DNA from: Octopus sinensis
Lineage: Eukaryota
Length of the DNA stretch: 64,000 nt
Direction: 5' to 3'
Assembly: GCF_006345805.1 (NCBI RefSeq)
Contig: NC_042997.1
Coordinates: 32,984,001-33,048,000, forward strand
The notes under the pieces were generated by a model. It saw nothing but the letters and a program-made list of their open reading frames with translations, was not told where the DNA came from and ran no database searches. The translations under genes and the position numbers were made by a program. This document shows, in pieces, positions 49,530-63,686 of this stretch (positions within the stretch are counted from its first letter, which is position 1; every line of letters begins with the position of its first letter).

Positions 49530-49582
49530 GTATATATATGTATATGTATACATGTATATATATTTGTATATGTATATATATA

Positions 49583-49631
<49 letters not shown>

Positions 49632-49633
<2 letters not shown>

Positions 49634-50234
49634 AGTCCACAACCCGTGGCCTTCTACATGGGATGGAGCCAGCCTACGTATGCATACCTTCCCTTCTTGG
49701 GACACAAACTCTACTTGTGAAGACGTGTTGAGGCAAGTGAGGATCAGAATCGAAATCGATCAATGGAAATTGCGGATGTGCTACCAGTGCCGGTGGCATG
49801 TCGAAACTCTGCTTGTGAAGACCCATTGAGGCAAGTGAGGATCAGAATCGAAATCGATCAATGGAAATTGCAGATGTGTTACCAGTGCCGGTGGCATGTA
49901 AGAGAACTTTCCGTTTCGCGACCGTTGCCAGCACCGCCCCGTTTCGTGTCCGTTGCCAGCCTCGCCTGGCCCTCGTGCCGGTGGCACATAAAAAGCACCA
50001 TCCGTTCGTGGCCGTTTGCCAGCTCTGTCTGGCACCAGTGCGGGTGGCACGTAAAAAGCACCCACTACACTCACGGAGTGGTTGGCGTTAGGAAGGGCAT
50101 CCAGCCGTAGAAACACTGCCAGATTTGACTGGGCCTGATGAAGCCTTCTGGCTTCACAGACCCCAGTAGAACCGTCCAACCCATGCTAGCATGGAAAACG
50201 GACGCTAAATGATGATGATGATGATGATGATGAT
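49632..50234 (+). mobile_element. Near-complete RTE 3' UTR with internal 98-bp duplication and (GAT)n tail
   Basis: Begins tgagtccacaacc, equivalent to the ORF stop region tgagaccataaac at ~48584. aaactct..ttgtgaag repeated at 49706 and 49804. Confidence 0.88.
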
Positions 50235-50254
50235 ATATGTATATGTATATTTTA

Positions 50255-50823
50255 TCCTTTTACTTGTTTCAGTCATTTGACTGCAGCCGTGCTTGAGCAT
50301 AGGTTTTGGTTGAGCAAATCAACCCCAGGACTTGCTCTTTGTAAACTTAGTACTATTAGTCTCTTTTTCCAAACTGCTAAGTTACAGGGATGCAAACACA
50401 CCAACATCGGTTCTCAAGTAGGGGTGGCTGTGTGGTAAGTAGCTTGCTTACGAACCACATGGTTCTGGGTTCAGTACCACTGCATGGCACCTTGGGCAAG
50501 TGTCTTCTGCTATAGCCTCGGGCCGACCAAAGCCTTGTGAGTGGATTTGGTAGACGGAAACTGAAAGAAGCCCATCGTATATATGTATATATATATGTAT
50601 GTGTGTGTGTGTGTTTTTGTGTCTGTGTTTGTCCCCCCCAACATCGCTTGACAACCGATGCTGGTGCGTTTACACCTCCCGTCACTTAGCGGTTTGGTAA
50701 AAGAGACCGATAGAATAAGTACTAGGCTTACAAAGAATAAGTCCTGGGGTCGACTTGCTTGACTAAAGGCGGTGCTCCAGCATGGCCACAGTCAAATGAC
50801 TGAAACAAGTAAAAGAGTAAAAG
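50255..50823. mobile_element. SINE A tail (minus, 50255-50418) abutting a full SINE A (plus, 50421-50823)
   Basis: Family match. The two tails are inverted repeats. Confidence 0.85.
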
Positions 50824-50839
50824 AATATATATATGTATA

Positions 50840-51055
50840 TAAGGGGTGCTGAAAAGTTTCTGGATTGAAAGGTATCGCAAAAGGCCTGGTTGGAGGCCTA
50901 ACCTGCCAAGTTCTTTTATAGGGCTCAGAAAAACTGAAGGACTGCTGCAACAAGTGTGTGAATCTGAGAGGGGAATATGTTGAATAAAATCATAATGAAC
51001 AGATCCTCCTGTGTTTTCTTTTACCCAAACCAAGAACTTTTCAGCTCCGCTTTGC
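50840..51055 (+). mobile_element. Mariner-type non-autonomous element
   Basis: TIR-like aggggtgctgaaaagtt / aacttttcagc. Internal FYRGSEKLKDCCNKCVNLRGEYVE* resembles a mariner transposase C-terminus. Confidence 0.7.
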
Positions 51056-52483
51056 ATACACCTCCTCACTGTTTTCATCTTTCACATTTTCAGCACTGTT
51101 TATAAGCTTAATATATAATCTTTCCTAAGCATGTAAAATGTTATTTGACTTTAATGATTATTGTAGCTGGTATTGATACAATCCCTCCAGCCATATGAAA
51201 TGTGATTTCAACCTTACCGTATTAAACAATTCTGCAAGTTTTCCTTTAATACTAACTTCACCATTCTGATGTTATTAGTCTATTAGTAGTGTTGTTCACA
51301 TGGGACTCCATAATCTATTATTTCTCTCTGGATTTCATAGTGATTAACGAATATGAAGCAATTTCTCCCCAACCTCTTTGACAGGATGCTTCTCTATTAC
51401 AAATAAGTTTTCCCATTGGTTGTATAGAACTCATAACTGGATCCAGTGAAACCCTCTCTCTCTTTTGGAGAGGCACTGAGCACCTACATGCACATATACA
51501 TACACGGCAGTAACTTCCGCCTACGGAATTCAATCACAAAGCTTCGGTCGACTCGGGGCTGTAGCGGAAGACACTTGCCCAAAGTGCCACGCAGTGGGAC
51601 TGAACCCGAAACCATGTAGCTAGGAAGCAAGCTCCCTAACCACACAGCCAACATACATTGATTTTTGCACTGTTATTATTTGTTACTCTAGACCAAGAAT
51701 GAAATGGTTGGGTAATCTCCTTAATTTCAGTTGTTCATGCTTGGGAATCCCGCCAGAAGGTCTAATGTTAGTTGTTTTTGACAGGACCCTATGGAGGAGG
51801 TGCCTTAGGTCTCTGCCCCCACGACCCCTCAGGAATATTGGGTAGAAAAGGTGGATAAATTAATGGATTATTGTTTAAAATGGTTAATTATGTTGCCATG
51901 ATCTATCAATGTATTATTATCTAATGAGAGGTAAGTGTTTTAGGTATGGAAACATTGCAATATTGATGCTGGGATATGAACCACGAATCTCTTGGCTATT
52001 TGTCAGCAACCCATTTGTTTTTTCGTCTTTTAGTCAAGAGGGAAGACAGTAGCCATCACTGGGCCTTTGGGATAAGTCACAGGGAGGAAGTTATCCTCAA
52101 ACCAGAGAGCTGATCTGAATGGCTGTAACAGAGGCAACTCTGCTAAAGATACCCAAAGTGTCAGGTGATGGTGTTAAACTGGATAACAGATTAAGTCCAT
52201 AATCAAATTAAGCTATGACGGAATTTGAATTTAGAACACAAAGAACTTTGATAAACACTGCAAAACATGTTGCTCAACACTCTAACAATATTGTTAATTC
52301 ACTGTCCTGGATTGGTACTGTTTTACCAAATTCAAAAGGATGAAAGGCAAAGTTGATCTTAGCAGTATTTGAACTCAGAGTGCAGACAAAACAAATACCA
52401 TAAGGCATTCTATGCAGCACATTAATAACTTTACCAATTCTCCTTGATATAAGAAAAAGTTTACAAAAAACCCTTCCTCTTTC

Positions 52484-52732
52484 ATCATCATCATCACCGT
52501 TTAGTGTCCGCTTTCCATGCTGGCATGGGTTGGACGGTGCAACTGGGGTCTGGGAAGCCAGAAGGCTGCACCAGGCCCAGTCTGATCTGGCAATGTTTCT
52601 ACGGCTGGATGCCCTTCCTAACGCCAACCACTCCATGAGTGTAGTGGGTGCTTTTTATGTGCCACCAGCACAGAGGCCAGGCGAGGCTGGCAACAGCCAC
52701 AATCGGATGGTGCTTTTTACGTGCCACTGGCC
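52484..52732 (-). mobile_element. RTE LINE 3' UTR fragment
   Basis: Family match. Confidence 0.85.
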
Positions 52733-52854
52733 TGATTATTAATTATATTGTATGGTATCTCTTTGATGTTGTAATGGGTAAGTGGAGGAATTATTGGGTT
52801 TCATGTATAAGAAGTTCATTGAGTATCTGTCGAAGACAGTTCTATATTTCTCAG

Positions 52855-52929
52855 TTCATTCAAGTCCTTGGAACAGATACCAAATACTGTGGAAATGTTA
52901 CTCACATTAGGCTGGCATTCCATCAAGGG
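52855..52929 (+). CDS. Candidate gene Y exon (SFKSLEQIPNTVEMLLTLGWHSIK)
   Basis: tatatttctcag acceptor, GTATAT donor, 75 nt, phase 2-2. Confidence 0.5.
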
Positions 52930-53135
52930 GTATATCTATGTGGTTTCATGTGAGCAAATCTAAGTACTAGCTCCAAACACTCTGCTCTACCCCTAGCTTA
53001 ACAGTACTGACTTTATGCCCTTCCCTTAGATTAACAGTTAATGAAATTATCTTTATCACTATGATAATCCTGAAAATGAAACAATGGTGTTTAAAATGTT
53101 CAATGATTTTGAAATTTCTTATTTACTGTACATAG

Positions 53136-53175
53136 GACCATTACAGTACATAGACCCTTATTGTACACAGACCCT
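53136..53175 (+). CDS. Candidate gene Y exon (TITVHRPLLYTDP)
   Basis: tttcttatttactgtacatag acceptor, GTAAGT donor, phase 2-0. Confidence 0.45.
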
Positions 53176-53419
53176 GTAAGTTGAATAAGTTAAGCCAAAA
53201 TTTAGATAAAATACAATCTGTTTTTAAAGCATATGACAGCATAGAGATACTAATATCATGAAAATTAATACCTGTATCAATAACATAATAGTAGCTTTAA
53301 TCTAAGATAAGATTTTAAAGAAGTTTTCAAAGATCCATAGGTTTACCAGGCCTTCCATAGGTTTACCAGGCCTTCAATCATATGGTGAGAGCCTAAAATA
53401 ATTTATGGTGCTTGACAAA

Positions 53420-53456
<37 letters not shown>

Positions 53457-55213
53457 GACATGGTCTAATATATATTCTTGGCCTGTAACTTTTAATTTTA
53501 TTTCCTTAGAAAATAAAAATATAACATTGGTTACATTGATTATATAAAAATGTTTGTTTCATTAATCAATTAAAAGATTGAAATAAAATAAAATAAAAAA
53601 ATAAAAAAAGTCAGTGATTAGTTAGTAACATGCTTTGTAACAATAGAAACGGTTTAGTCATCTTTATTGATTTTCACAAGAATACGTCATTTTAATAAGG
53701 AATAATTTGTGAGAAAACAGAAATATTTAAATGCAAAGCTGTTAATATTATCAAGTAGTAAACAGTTTTTTTTTAACACTAATAACCATTTCTTTGAACA
53801 ATGATAATTAGTAGCAGATAAACTCCCAGTGAATCATTTCAACAATCCTCTTTTGAGTTTCAGTATTTTTACCTTTTTTCTGTTTATTAATGTCTTTGAG
53901 AAAGCATAAGTTCTCATTTTCTCTACATTTAAAAATGTAGATTTCTTGCATGCCTTGGAAATGGCAATCGATAACCACTATATTAGTTACTCTGAAAGAA
54001 TTACTGTAATATATATTATGAAATGGTTATGTTTTTAAGGTAAAGAAAACTGTTTGCTATTTATAACTTAGTCAAAAATAACAGGAAATATTTGTCATTT
54101 TTCTTTTCACCAAATCTTTATTTGAAGCAAAAATAAAAGAGAAAAAAAAAAGGAGAACAAGAATAATTAGCAGGTTAATAATATCATGTAACACCAATAT
54201 AACAGCAGAATAACAATGGTACCGCAACAATAACATCAACAACTGCAAGAATAACAGATCTGTTGTCCTTAATAGGAACATGCATTTAGAAATGGAAAAC
54301 ATGCATTTAAATCATTTTACATGGTGTGTAACATGATGTAACAAATTAATTCAATAATTAAACACCTGATAATGAGAATTTTCTAATTAGTTTGCCTACA
54401 AATTGTAGATGGTTCTTCTATCAGATAAATAGGGAAAAAATGAGCGGGGATCAATGATTGACCTGAAAAATCCTTGATTTTGTATACTTAATTTTCAAAC
54501 TCTGTTATATTGAATATTTACAGAAGTATTTAGCAATTATTGATTCTTAAGATGTAATACACTACATCTGAGAGAGGCTAAGAATTCCAGTCACTAAAAT
54601 AATAATAAAAAAGACATTCATTTATTTCTATTAAAAGTTTCAAAAATTTTGGTGGTGAACCAGCTATTTTTATACAAATGGATGACCCTTCTACTACAGT
54701 TAATCCATTTTATGAAATAAGAATGGATGTAGTTTCTCTACAAAATAACTGAGGCAAGTAGAATCATATCCTTGTCTTTCAAAGAGTGTAACATAATAAC
54801 AACACATAACAACTAATATAACTTCATAGACATTGTACTTTAGGAATGGAACCATTGTACTTTACCAATAGAATCATTGTACTTTATGTACAGAGTGTCT
54901 GGCAAAATGAGTCTAATACACATTGCTATAAACACCCATTTCTTTCTCGTAAAACCTCAGCTTTCATATTTGATTTAAAAGATCCTAGACAATTCCTGCT
55001 GAATCTATAGATAGAAAATATCTGCAAGATGTTTGCAAGAATAAATCTTTGTAGGTGCAGAAGGAATCATGAAACATTTTGCAAACCCATAGTAGGACTT
55101 GAGTATAGCACTACAATCTAAAAAAGCAATCATTAATTACAGAGCACTCTCTTCTCATTTAAACTGTAAAATAGTAATAACATTTTTTTGTTTTTGTATT
55201 CTCCTACTTTTAG

Positions 55214-55234
55214 GAAAATGATGCAATAATAATG
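55214..55234 (+). CDS. Candidate 21-nt microexon (ENDAIIM)
   Basis: Long polypyrimidine tract ending ctacttttag, donor ATG|GTAAGA. Only phase 0-0 is open. Confidence 0.55.
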
Positions 55235-55486
55235 GTAAGATTTCAACATATGATAGTGTACCCATTAGTCCCAAATTTTAACTGTAGTCAGAAAATTCTC
55301 ATACAGCATTAATGTGCATACAATCAATGTTTATTATTTTAGTTGTTTTTTCTTTTTGCAAATGTTTATGTATTCCTATTTTCCATAGTCTGGACTTGGA
55401 GAGACGCCCAGCAGTTAACTTTTACATTCAATCATTTTACATCTACTTTTGATATACAAAGTCTAACCACGTATATGTCCAATATA

Positions 55487-56408
55487 CAGGGTGGACCAAA
55501 ATGATCTGACACACATTTGGAGGCTTAATAAAAGCACAAAATAAGAAATAATGAAAAGAATAATTTTATTTTCTGTATGTACATATAATGCCATTTTATT
55601 TCATTAAGTTTTAAAAATTAAATCAGCTAAATGCTTCCCATCATTGTCAACACACTTTTGGAGACGGTCATGAAAGTTATCGATAACTCTATGGATCATT
55701 TCTTCTGGAATGATGAAATGTGATTTCTTCTTGTGGGGATTTTTAAAATCAAAAGTATTCAGTCATCGCCCTCGATCTATTGAGGAATTAAAACGTGCAA
55801 TTTGTGTAGAAATAGCAACCATTCCAGAAGAAATGATCCATAGAGTTATTGCAAACTCCACCCATCTAACACCCGTGGACATATTTACAAAGTCAGAAAA
55901 CAGCACAGCTCCCATGACTTCAGGAAACATTTTTTCACGCTGAGAGTTGCTGAAGCATGGAACAAACTGCCGGCATCAGTTGTTAGTTGTCGGAGCACTG
56001 CATCCTTCAAAACTTCCATGATTCCTGAGATTCGCCAACACTACACCTGATTTTCTCCCCTCCATACACACACAAGCATGTATCTGACTCATACATTGTT
56101 CGCTTTCCAGACATTTCTACATTACTGCATGTACTTTATATGCACTTTCTGACAAGTTGTGGTGCACCTGAGCACTGTATACAATAATTTCATTATTATT
56201 ATTATTATTATTATTATAACTTTCATGACCGTCTCCAAAAGTGTGTTGACAATGATGGGAAGCATTTAGCTGATTTAAGTTTTAAAACTTAATGAAATAA
56301 AATGGCATTATAGGTAGATCCAGAAAATAAAATTTTTCTTTTCATTATTTCTTATTTTGTGCTTTTATTAAGCCTCCAAATGTGGTCAGATCACTTTGGT
56401 CCACCCTG
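55487..56408. mobile_element. Tc1/mariner-derived foldback element (226-bp arms) with nested CR1
   Basis: TA TSD at 55485-86 and 56409-10. Ends cagggtggaccaaa / tttggtccaccctg. Core encodes CDFFLWGFLKSKVF...IEELKRAI. Confidence 0.9.
55852..56215 (+). mobile_element. CR1 LINE 3' end inserted in the right arm of the Tc1 element
   Basis: Matches the 7685-8340 family (SNTRGH...FFTLRVAEAWNKLP). (ATT)n tail. Confidence 0.9.
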
Positions 56409-56634
56409 TATATTGCAGAAGTTAAAGCTGTTTCCTGAAAGACTATGAGTACGAGCATGAAAAAGACCTATAAGAATGTAATAATGGTGTTGAGACCAAA
56501 AGCAGTGATGATAATAATGATTATTATCATGATGGATGATGGTAAGGATAATGATGGTGATGAAAATAATACTGACAAGCTATCATCTGTGTAGCATAAA
56601 ACTGACCACCATCATTCAGCGAATAGTAATTTCT

Positions 56635-57053
56635 ATACTCTTTACTCTTTTACTTGTTTCAGTCATTTGACTGCGGCCATGCTGGAGCACCGCCTTTAGT
56701 CGAGCAAATCGACCCCGGGACTTATTCTTTGTAAGCCCAGTACTTATTCTATCGGTCTCTTTTGCCGAACCGCTAAGTGACGGGGACGTAAACACACGAG
56801 CATCGGTTGTCAAGCAATGCTAGGGGGACAAACACAGACACACAAACATATACACACACACTTATATATATATATATATATACATATATACGACAGGCTT
56901 CTTTCAGTTTTCCGTCTACCAAATCCACTCACAAGGCATTGGTCGGCCCGGGGCTATAGCAGAAGACACTTGCCCAAGATGCCATGCAGTGGGACTGAAC
57001 CCGGAACCATGTGGTTGATTAGCAAGCTACTTACCACACAGCCACTCCTGCGC
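56635..57053 (-). mobile_element. SINE family A, young
   Basis: Full-length match. Confidence 0.9.
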
Positions 57054-57297
57054 CTATTAAAATTTAATATTCAATAATCCTTGCACCATTCACAAACTCT
57101 CCAAAGACGGTCTTCCTTGCAAATGCATTATACTTATTTTTAATTGCCCATTTATGTGTCTGCCGCAAGCATTAAAAAAAATGACTTATTATACAATCTA
57201 GGGATACTAGGTTACTGTTTTGCACCATTCCATTTCATGTGTTAATGTTATGGATAAAGGTTCTCCCTTTTTATTCTCATTGTATGCGGCTATTCAG

Positions 57298-57340
57298 TCA
57301 GCATTTAATTTCATATATGAGCTGATCAAAGTGGTTTCAG
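57298..57340 (+). CDS. Candidate gene Y exon (SAFNFIYELIKVVS)
   Basis: Pyrimidine-rich acceptor, weak CAG|GTCTCT donor. Phase 0-1 bridges the microexon and exon 60554. Confidence 0.35.
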
Positions 57341-57554
57341 GTCTCTTATTAATGCATTAATAAAATATATTATGGGTATTTATAACAGCTTGTAAAAATG
57401 TAATTTACTAACAATGCATGAATTCATCAAGTGAAAATGTCATAACATATATATTCAGTGTGTTACATACATACATACATACATACACACATATATATAT
57501 ATATATTTACATATATACATACATGTGTGTGTATGTATGTGTAAGTCTGTGTGT

Positions 57555-57589
<35 letters not shown>

Positions 57590-57648
57590 AATGTGTGTGT
57601 GGATATATATGTATGTACATGTATGTATTTGTATACATGTACATGTTT

Positions 57649-57680
<32 letters not shown>

Positions 57681-58047
57681 CATATGTACATACATACATA
57701 CATATATATATATATATACACACACACATACATATATATATGTATATATACATATACATACATACATACATATATGTATATATATACATATATACTTGTA
57801 GTAATGAAATAAAACCAAATAGTGATATTTTGGAATCATTTAATATGTAAGTTTCAGGTTTCTTTAATACATAATAGGAAACGCATCCATTACATAAACC
57901 TACCTAACATTTCAAACTATAAAGAAATCGATGAAACAATTTCAATATATACGTGGTTAGAGTAGTAAGTCAGTTACTAAGTTGAGAGGAAGGCTTTTAA
58001 TCCAAAGTACTTTGACACCATATTTTCATGCCATATACTACTAATTC

Positions 58048-58281
58048 TAAAGGCGGTGAGCTGGCAGACATGTTAGCGTGCTAGGCAAAATGCTTAGTGG
58101 TATTTCGACTGTCGTTACGTTCTGAGTTCCAATTCCACCGAGGTCGACTTTGCCTTTCATCCTTTCGGGGTCGACAAATTAAGTACCAGTTACACACTGG
58201 GGTCAATATAATCGACTTAATCCATTTGTCTGTCCTTGTTTGTCCCCTCTGTGTTTAGCCCCTTGTGGGTAGTAAAGAAAT
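58048..58281 (+). mobile_element. SINE family B
   Basis: 15-bp TSD atatac(t/a)actaattc at 58033-47 and 58282-96. Confidence 0.9.
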
Positions 58282-58910
58282 ATATACAACTAATTCCATT
58301 CACTACAACTCTTAACCACACCCTGACACCTGGTTCATTCCATCCTCATCCTCTCCCCAAATTCTTCACCTCTATCTGCTACTTTTCATCAATTTTACTA
58401 AGATTTCTATGCAAATAAACAAAACCATTCCATTTTCTTTTAATACTATTCCCTCAAAAATCCTTCCTTCTCCCCACTATCCCATTTCACATATCCTCCT
58501 CTTCATTTTTCTCCCCACTTCTCTCCTCTCTACGTCTGTCTGTCTCTCTGTTTTTGTCTGTCTCTCTGTCTCTGTCTGTCTCTCTCTGAATACATGTCTA
58601 TCCTCCTAACTTACTAGCTGACTTAAAGCTCAAACCACATATATATATTGAAATTTTTCATTAATTTCTTTATATTTTGAAATGCTTTAACTGAAGAAAG
58701 TTCACGTAATGGACGCATTTCCTATTATACAGCATGCTAAACTGAAATGTGTGTATTAAATGATTTCAAAATATTACTATTTGGTTTGGCTTCATTATTA
58801 TAACTAATACAGCTTGATGCCAATACAAACTAGCCAGTCTTGACTCCACTTATGCAGATTTAGTTTGCTATATTTGGCTTGAGTAAAAAATTCTGGTACC
58901 ATGGACAGCT

Positions 58911-60490
<1,580 letters not shown>

Positions 60491-60553
60491 ATATTTTCCA
60501 ATTAAGTACTAATTAGACTATAAAGATTAATAGTATGTAAATTTTTTTTTTAG

Positions 60554-60612
60554 CAGAAAGTGTATTAGTAAAAGAATTAATCAAACAAGGAAAGTTTTCA
60601 ATAAGGGGGCAG
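60554..60612 (+). CDS. Gene Y exon (ESVLVKELIKQGKFSIRGQ)
   Basis: tttttttttttag acceptor, CAG|GTAAGG donor, phase 1-0. Confidence 0.6.
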
Positions 60613-61085
60613 GTAAGGTCGAAACATATTCAGTTGAAATAGTTTTACCTTTAGTATTTGGGACTCAGACATAAGTGGATCCTGTTCTGTAAAATTCAAT
60701 CACAATTTGAAAAGAAAAATATGATTTTTAAAGGAATTCTAGACAAGATTTGATTAAACGCTACCTATAATAATAATAATAATAATAATAAAATAATAAT
60801 AATAATAATGATAATGATAATAATAATAATATAGGCACAAGGCTAGTACAGAAATATTGAGGGGATGGAAGTAGTCAGTGACATCAACTTGATTGGTATC
60901 TTATTTTATGGACCCTGGAGGAATGAAAAGCAAAGTTTACCCCATCAGAAAATGGACACTGAATGAAAACAGCTGGAAGAAATACACAATGCATTTTATC
61001 CAATATTCTACTGTTTCTGCTTATCTACTACTGTAATAATAATCGTTTCTAGATCAGGCACAAAGCCTAAAATTTAGTTGATATC

Positions 61086-61316
61086 TGTTTCTTTATTACC
61101 CACAAGGGGCTGAACATAGAGGGGACAAACAAGGACAGACTAACGGATTGAGTCGATTACATCGACCCCAGTGCATAACTGGTACTTAATTTATCGACCC
61201 CGAAAGGATGAAAGGCAAAGTCGACCTCAGCAGGATTTGAACTCAGAACGTAACGGCAGACGAAATATGGCTACACATTTCGCCCGGCGTGCTAACGTTT
61301 CTGCCAGCTCGCCGCC
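61086..61316 (-). mobile_element. Young SINE B nested in an older SINE B
   Basis: 13-bp TSD tttagttgatatc at 61073-85 and 61317-29. Confidence 0.9.
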
Positions 61317-61777
61317 TTTAGTTGATATCATTGACCCAAGTACTTGACTAGTACTTTATTTTAAAGACCCTGAAAGGATGAAAGGCAAAGTTGACCTCAG
61401 TGAGGTTTGAAATCAAAACATAAAAAGCCAAACGAAATAAGCAAGAAGTATGTTGTTGTCAGACACTTTAACAATTCTGCCAATTTACTGCCCTCATCAT
61501 CATCATCATCATCATCTTTATCACCATCATCATCATCATCAGCATGATGATGATGATGGTAATGATGACATACAGTATAAAAGGTGACCCAGGGCAAAAG
61601 TATTTCTTAGAAATTTCCATGATATTTTTGATAAGCAAAGATTTGAGGTTTCTACTCAGTTACAGAATATGTGAAGCATAGTATACTAGCATACCTACCA
61701 TATACACACATACATACATACATACATACATACATACATACATACAACATACATACATACATACATACATAAACACA

Positions 61778-61810
<33 letters not shown>

Positions 61811-61817
61811 GTCTATA

Positions 61818-61848
<31 letters not shown>

Positions 61849-61893
61849 CTATCTATCTATCTACCTGTCTATATACATACATACATACATACA

Positions 61894-61924
<31 letters not shown>

Positions 61925-62517
61925 GTATGTATGTATCCTGGCATTTGACATTATCTCTCCTTGTAATCATTTCACCATTCCTGAATATATAGGTATCGCA
62001 TTACCATCTTCATATCTTTGTACATCTTGCTTACAGATAGCCATTAACACTATAATGTTGTGGAAGAATTGATGTGACTATAAATGTAAATTTGTTGCAA
62101 TGGAAATATTACTGCAATGTGTGTGTGTGCATGTGAGTGAGTGTGTGTGTGTGTGCTAGTATGTACATGCATGTATATGTGTATGTATGAATGCTGTGTT
62201 TGTATACCCTTATAGTTACATTTGCAAATACTTTTGCAATTTTATGGATTTCAAAATGTTTAGTTTCTACTGATCTCATTTAAAAATGTTACTGCCAGAG
62301 TAAAATATCATGATAAACATGCAGACATACACACACATACCCAAACACACACACCACACAACATGGTGATCACATATTTTGAGAATATTGGTAACAACTT
62401 CTCTTTTAACCATATATTATTAAAACACAAGTGTGCTCAGTTTTAGTATTTTCATAAAGGATTTTTCCTGTTTCTTTATTGCATCAATTCATTATGCTTG
62501 GATCAGTAAAATTTTAG

Positions 62518-62545
62518 GTTCCATCTCTCCTTTTGGAGTATCCAG
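62518..62545 (+). CDS. Gene Y exon (VPSLLLEYP)
   Basis: aattttag acceptor, CAG|GTATAA donor. Phase 0-1 fits both neighbours. Confidence 0.5.
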
Positions 62546-62621
62546 GTATAATCATAAAAGAACTCATTAGTCTCCCAGCTGTGTGAATGAAGGAAGATTA
62601 AAGTTCAGCAATGAAAGCTAA

Positions 62622-62822
62622 ATCCTTCAAAACTTCCATGCTTTCTGAGATTTGCCAACACTACACCTGATTTTCTCCCCTCCATACACACACAAGCATG
62701 TATCTGACTCATACATTGTTCACTTTCCAGACATTTGCACATTACTGCATACACTTTATATGCACTTTCTGACAAGTTGTGGTGCATCTGAGCACTGTAG
62801 ACAATAATTTCATTATTATTAT
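62622..62822 (+). mobile_element. CR1 LINE 3' end
   Basis: Near-identical to 56004-56215. Confidence 0.88.
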
Positions 62823-63061
62823 AAATAAACATTCATCATTATAAAATATTCTGCTACACCCATCATTAAGCTATATCACTTGCAGCATTTACAACCAGGT
62901 GAACTGAGTCAATTGAAAACTTAGTACAGTGGCTTTCAAACTCTGGCACTAATAGATATGCACACTTTTTGGTACACAAGGTTTACAAGAGCATTGAAAT
63001 CTTGAAGTAGTTACACGCAACTAAATGCAACTATGTGGAGATTCCTTCACCGTTTCTTATT

Positions 63062-63475
63062 TCTTTATTGCCCACAAGGGGCTAAACACAGAGGGGACAA
63101 ACAAGGACAGACAAACGGATTAAGTCGATTACATCGACCCCAGTGCGTATCTGGTACTTAATTTATCGACCCTGAAAAGATGAAAGGCAAAGTCGACCTC
63201 GACGGAATTTGAACTCAGAACGTAACGGCAGACGAAATACCTATTTCTTTATTACCCACAAGGGGCTAAACGTAAAGGGGACAAACAAGGACAGGCAAAC
63301 GGATTAAGTTGATTACATCGACCCCAGTGCGTAACTGGTACTTAATTTATCGACCCTGAAAAGATGAAAGGCAAAGACAACCTCGACGGAATTTGAACTC
63401 AGAACGTAACGGCAGACAAAATACCGCAAAGCATTTCGCCTGGCGAGCTAATGTTTCTGCCAGCTTGCTGCCTTC
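63062..63475 (-). mobile_element. Two tandem SINE B copies, one lacking its head
   Basis: tttctttatt(g/a)cccacaagggg repeated at ~63061 and ~63245. Confidence 0.88.
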
Positions 63476-63516
63476 ACTGTTTTTGTCCACTTATCATTGT
63501 GAACAATAGTTTCCAG

Positions 63517-63686
63517 CAATATTTGTAACCAAGAACAATTTAGTTCAAGACTATCAAAACAAAATGATGCAATGGATGTGCTTCTCTGAAACTGTTTCTA
63601 GCATAAAGTTACTTGTTCATTTCATTGATGGACAAGTTATTAAGTTACTTGAAAGGATAAGACATCTGACTTTGAATCAGAAGATT
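63517..63686 (+). CDS. Gene Y exon (IFVTKNNLVQDYQNKMMQWMCFSETVSSIKLLVHFIDGQVIKLLERIRHLTLNQKI); gene continues past the window
   Basis: Acceptor gtttccag (alternative same-phase acceptor giving start 63544), phase 1 in, strong GTGAGT donor at 63687. Confidence 0.6.

Noticed and set aside
53337-53376. 20-bp direct duplication ataggtttaccaggccttcc
   Set aside because: Simple local slippage with no associated element.
53873-53991. Minus-strand candidate exon (VTNIVVIDCHFQGMQEIYIF...)
   Set aside because: Overlaps an equally plausible plus-strand exon (53941-54005), and no other minus-strand exons chain with it.
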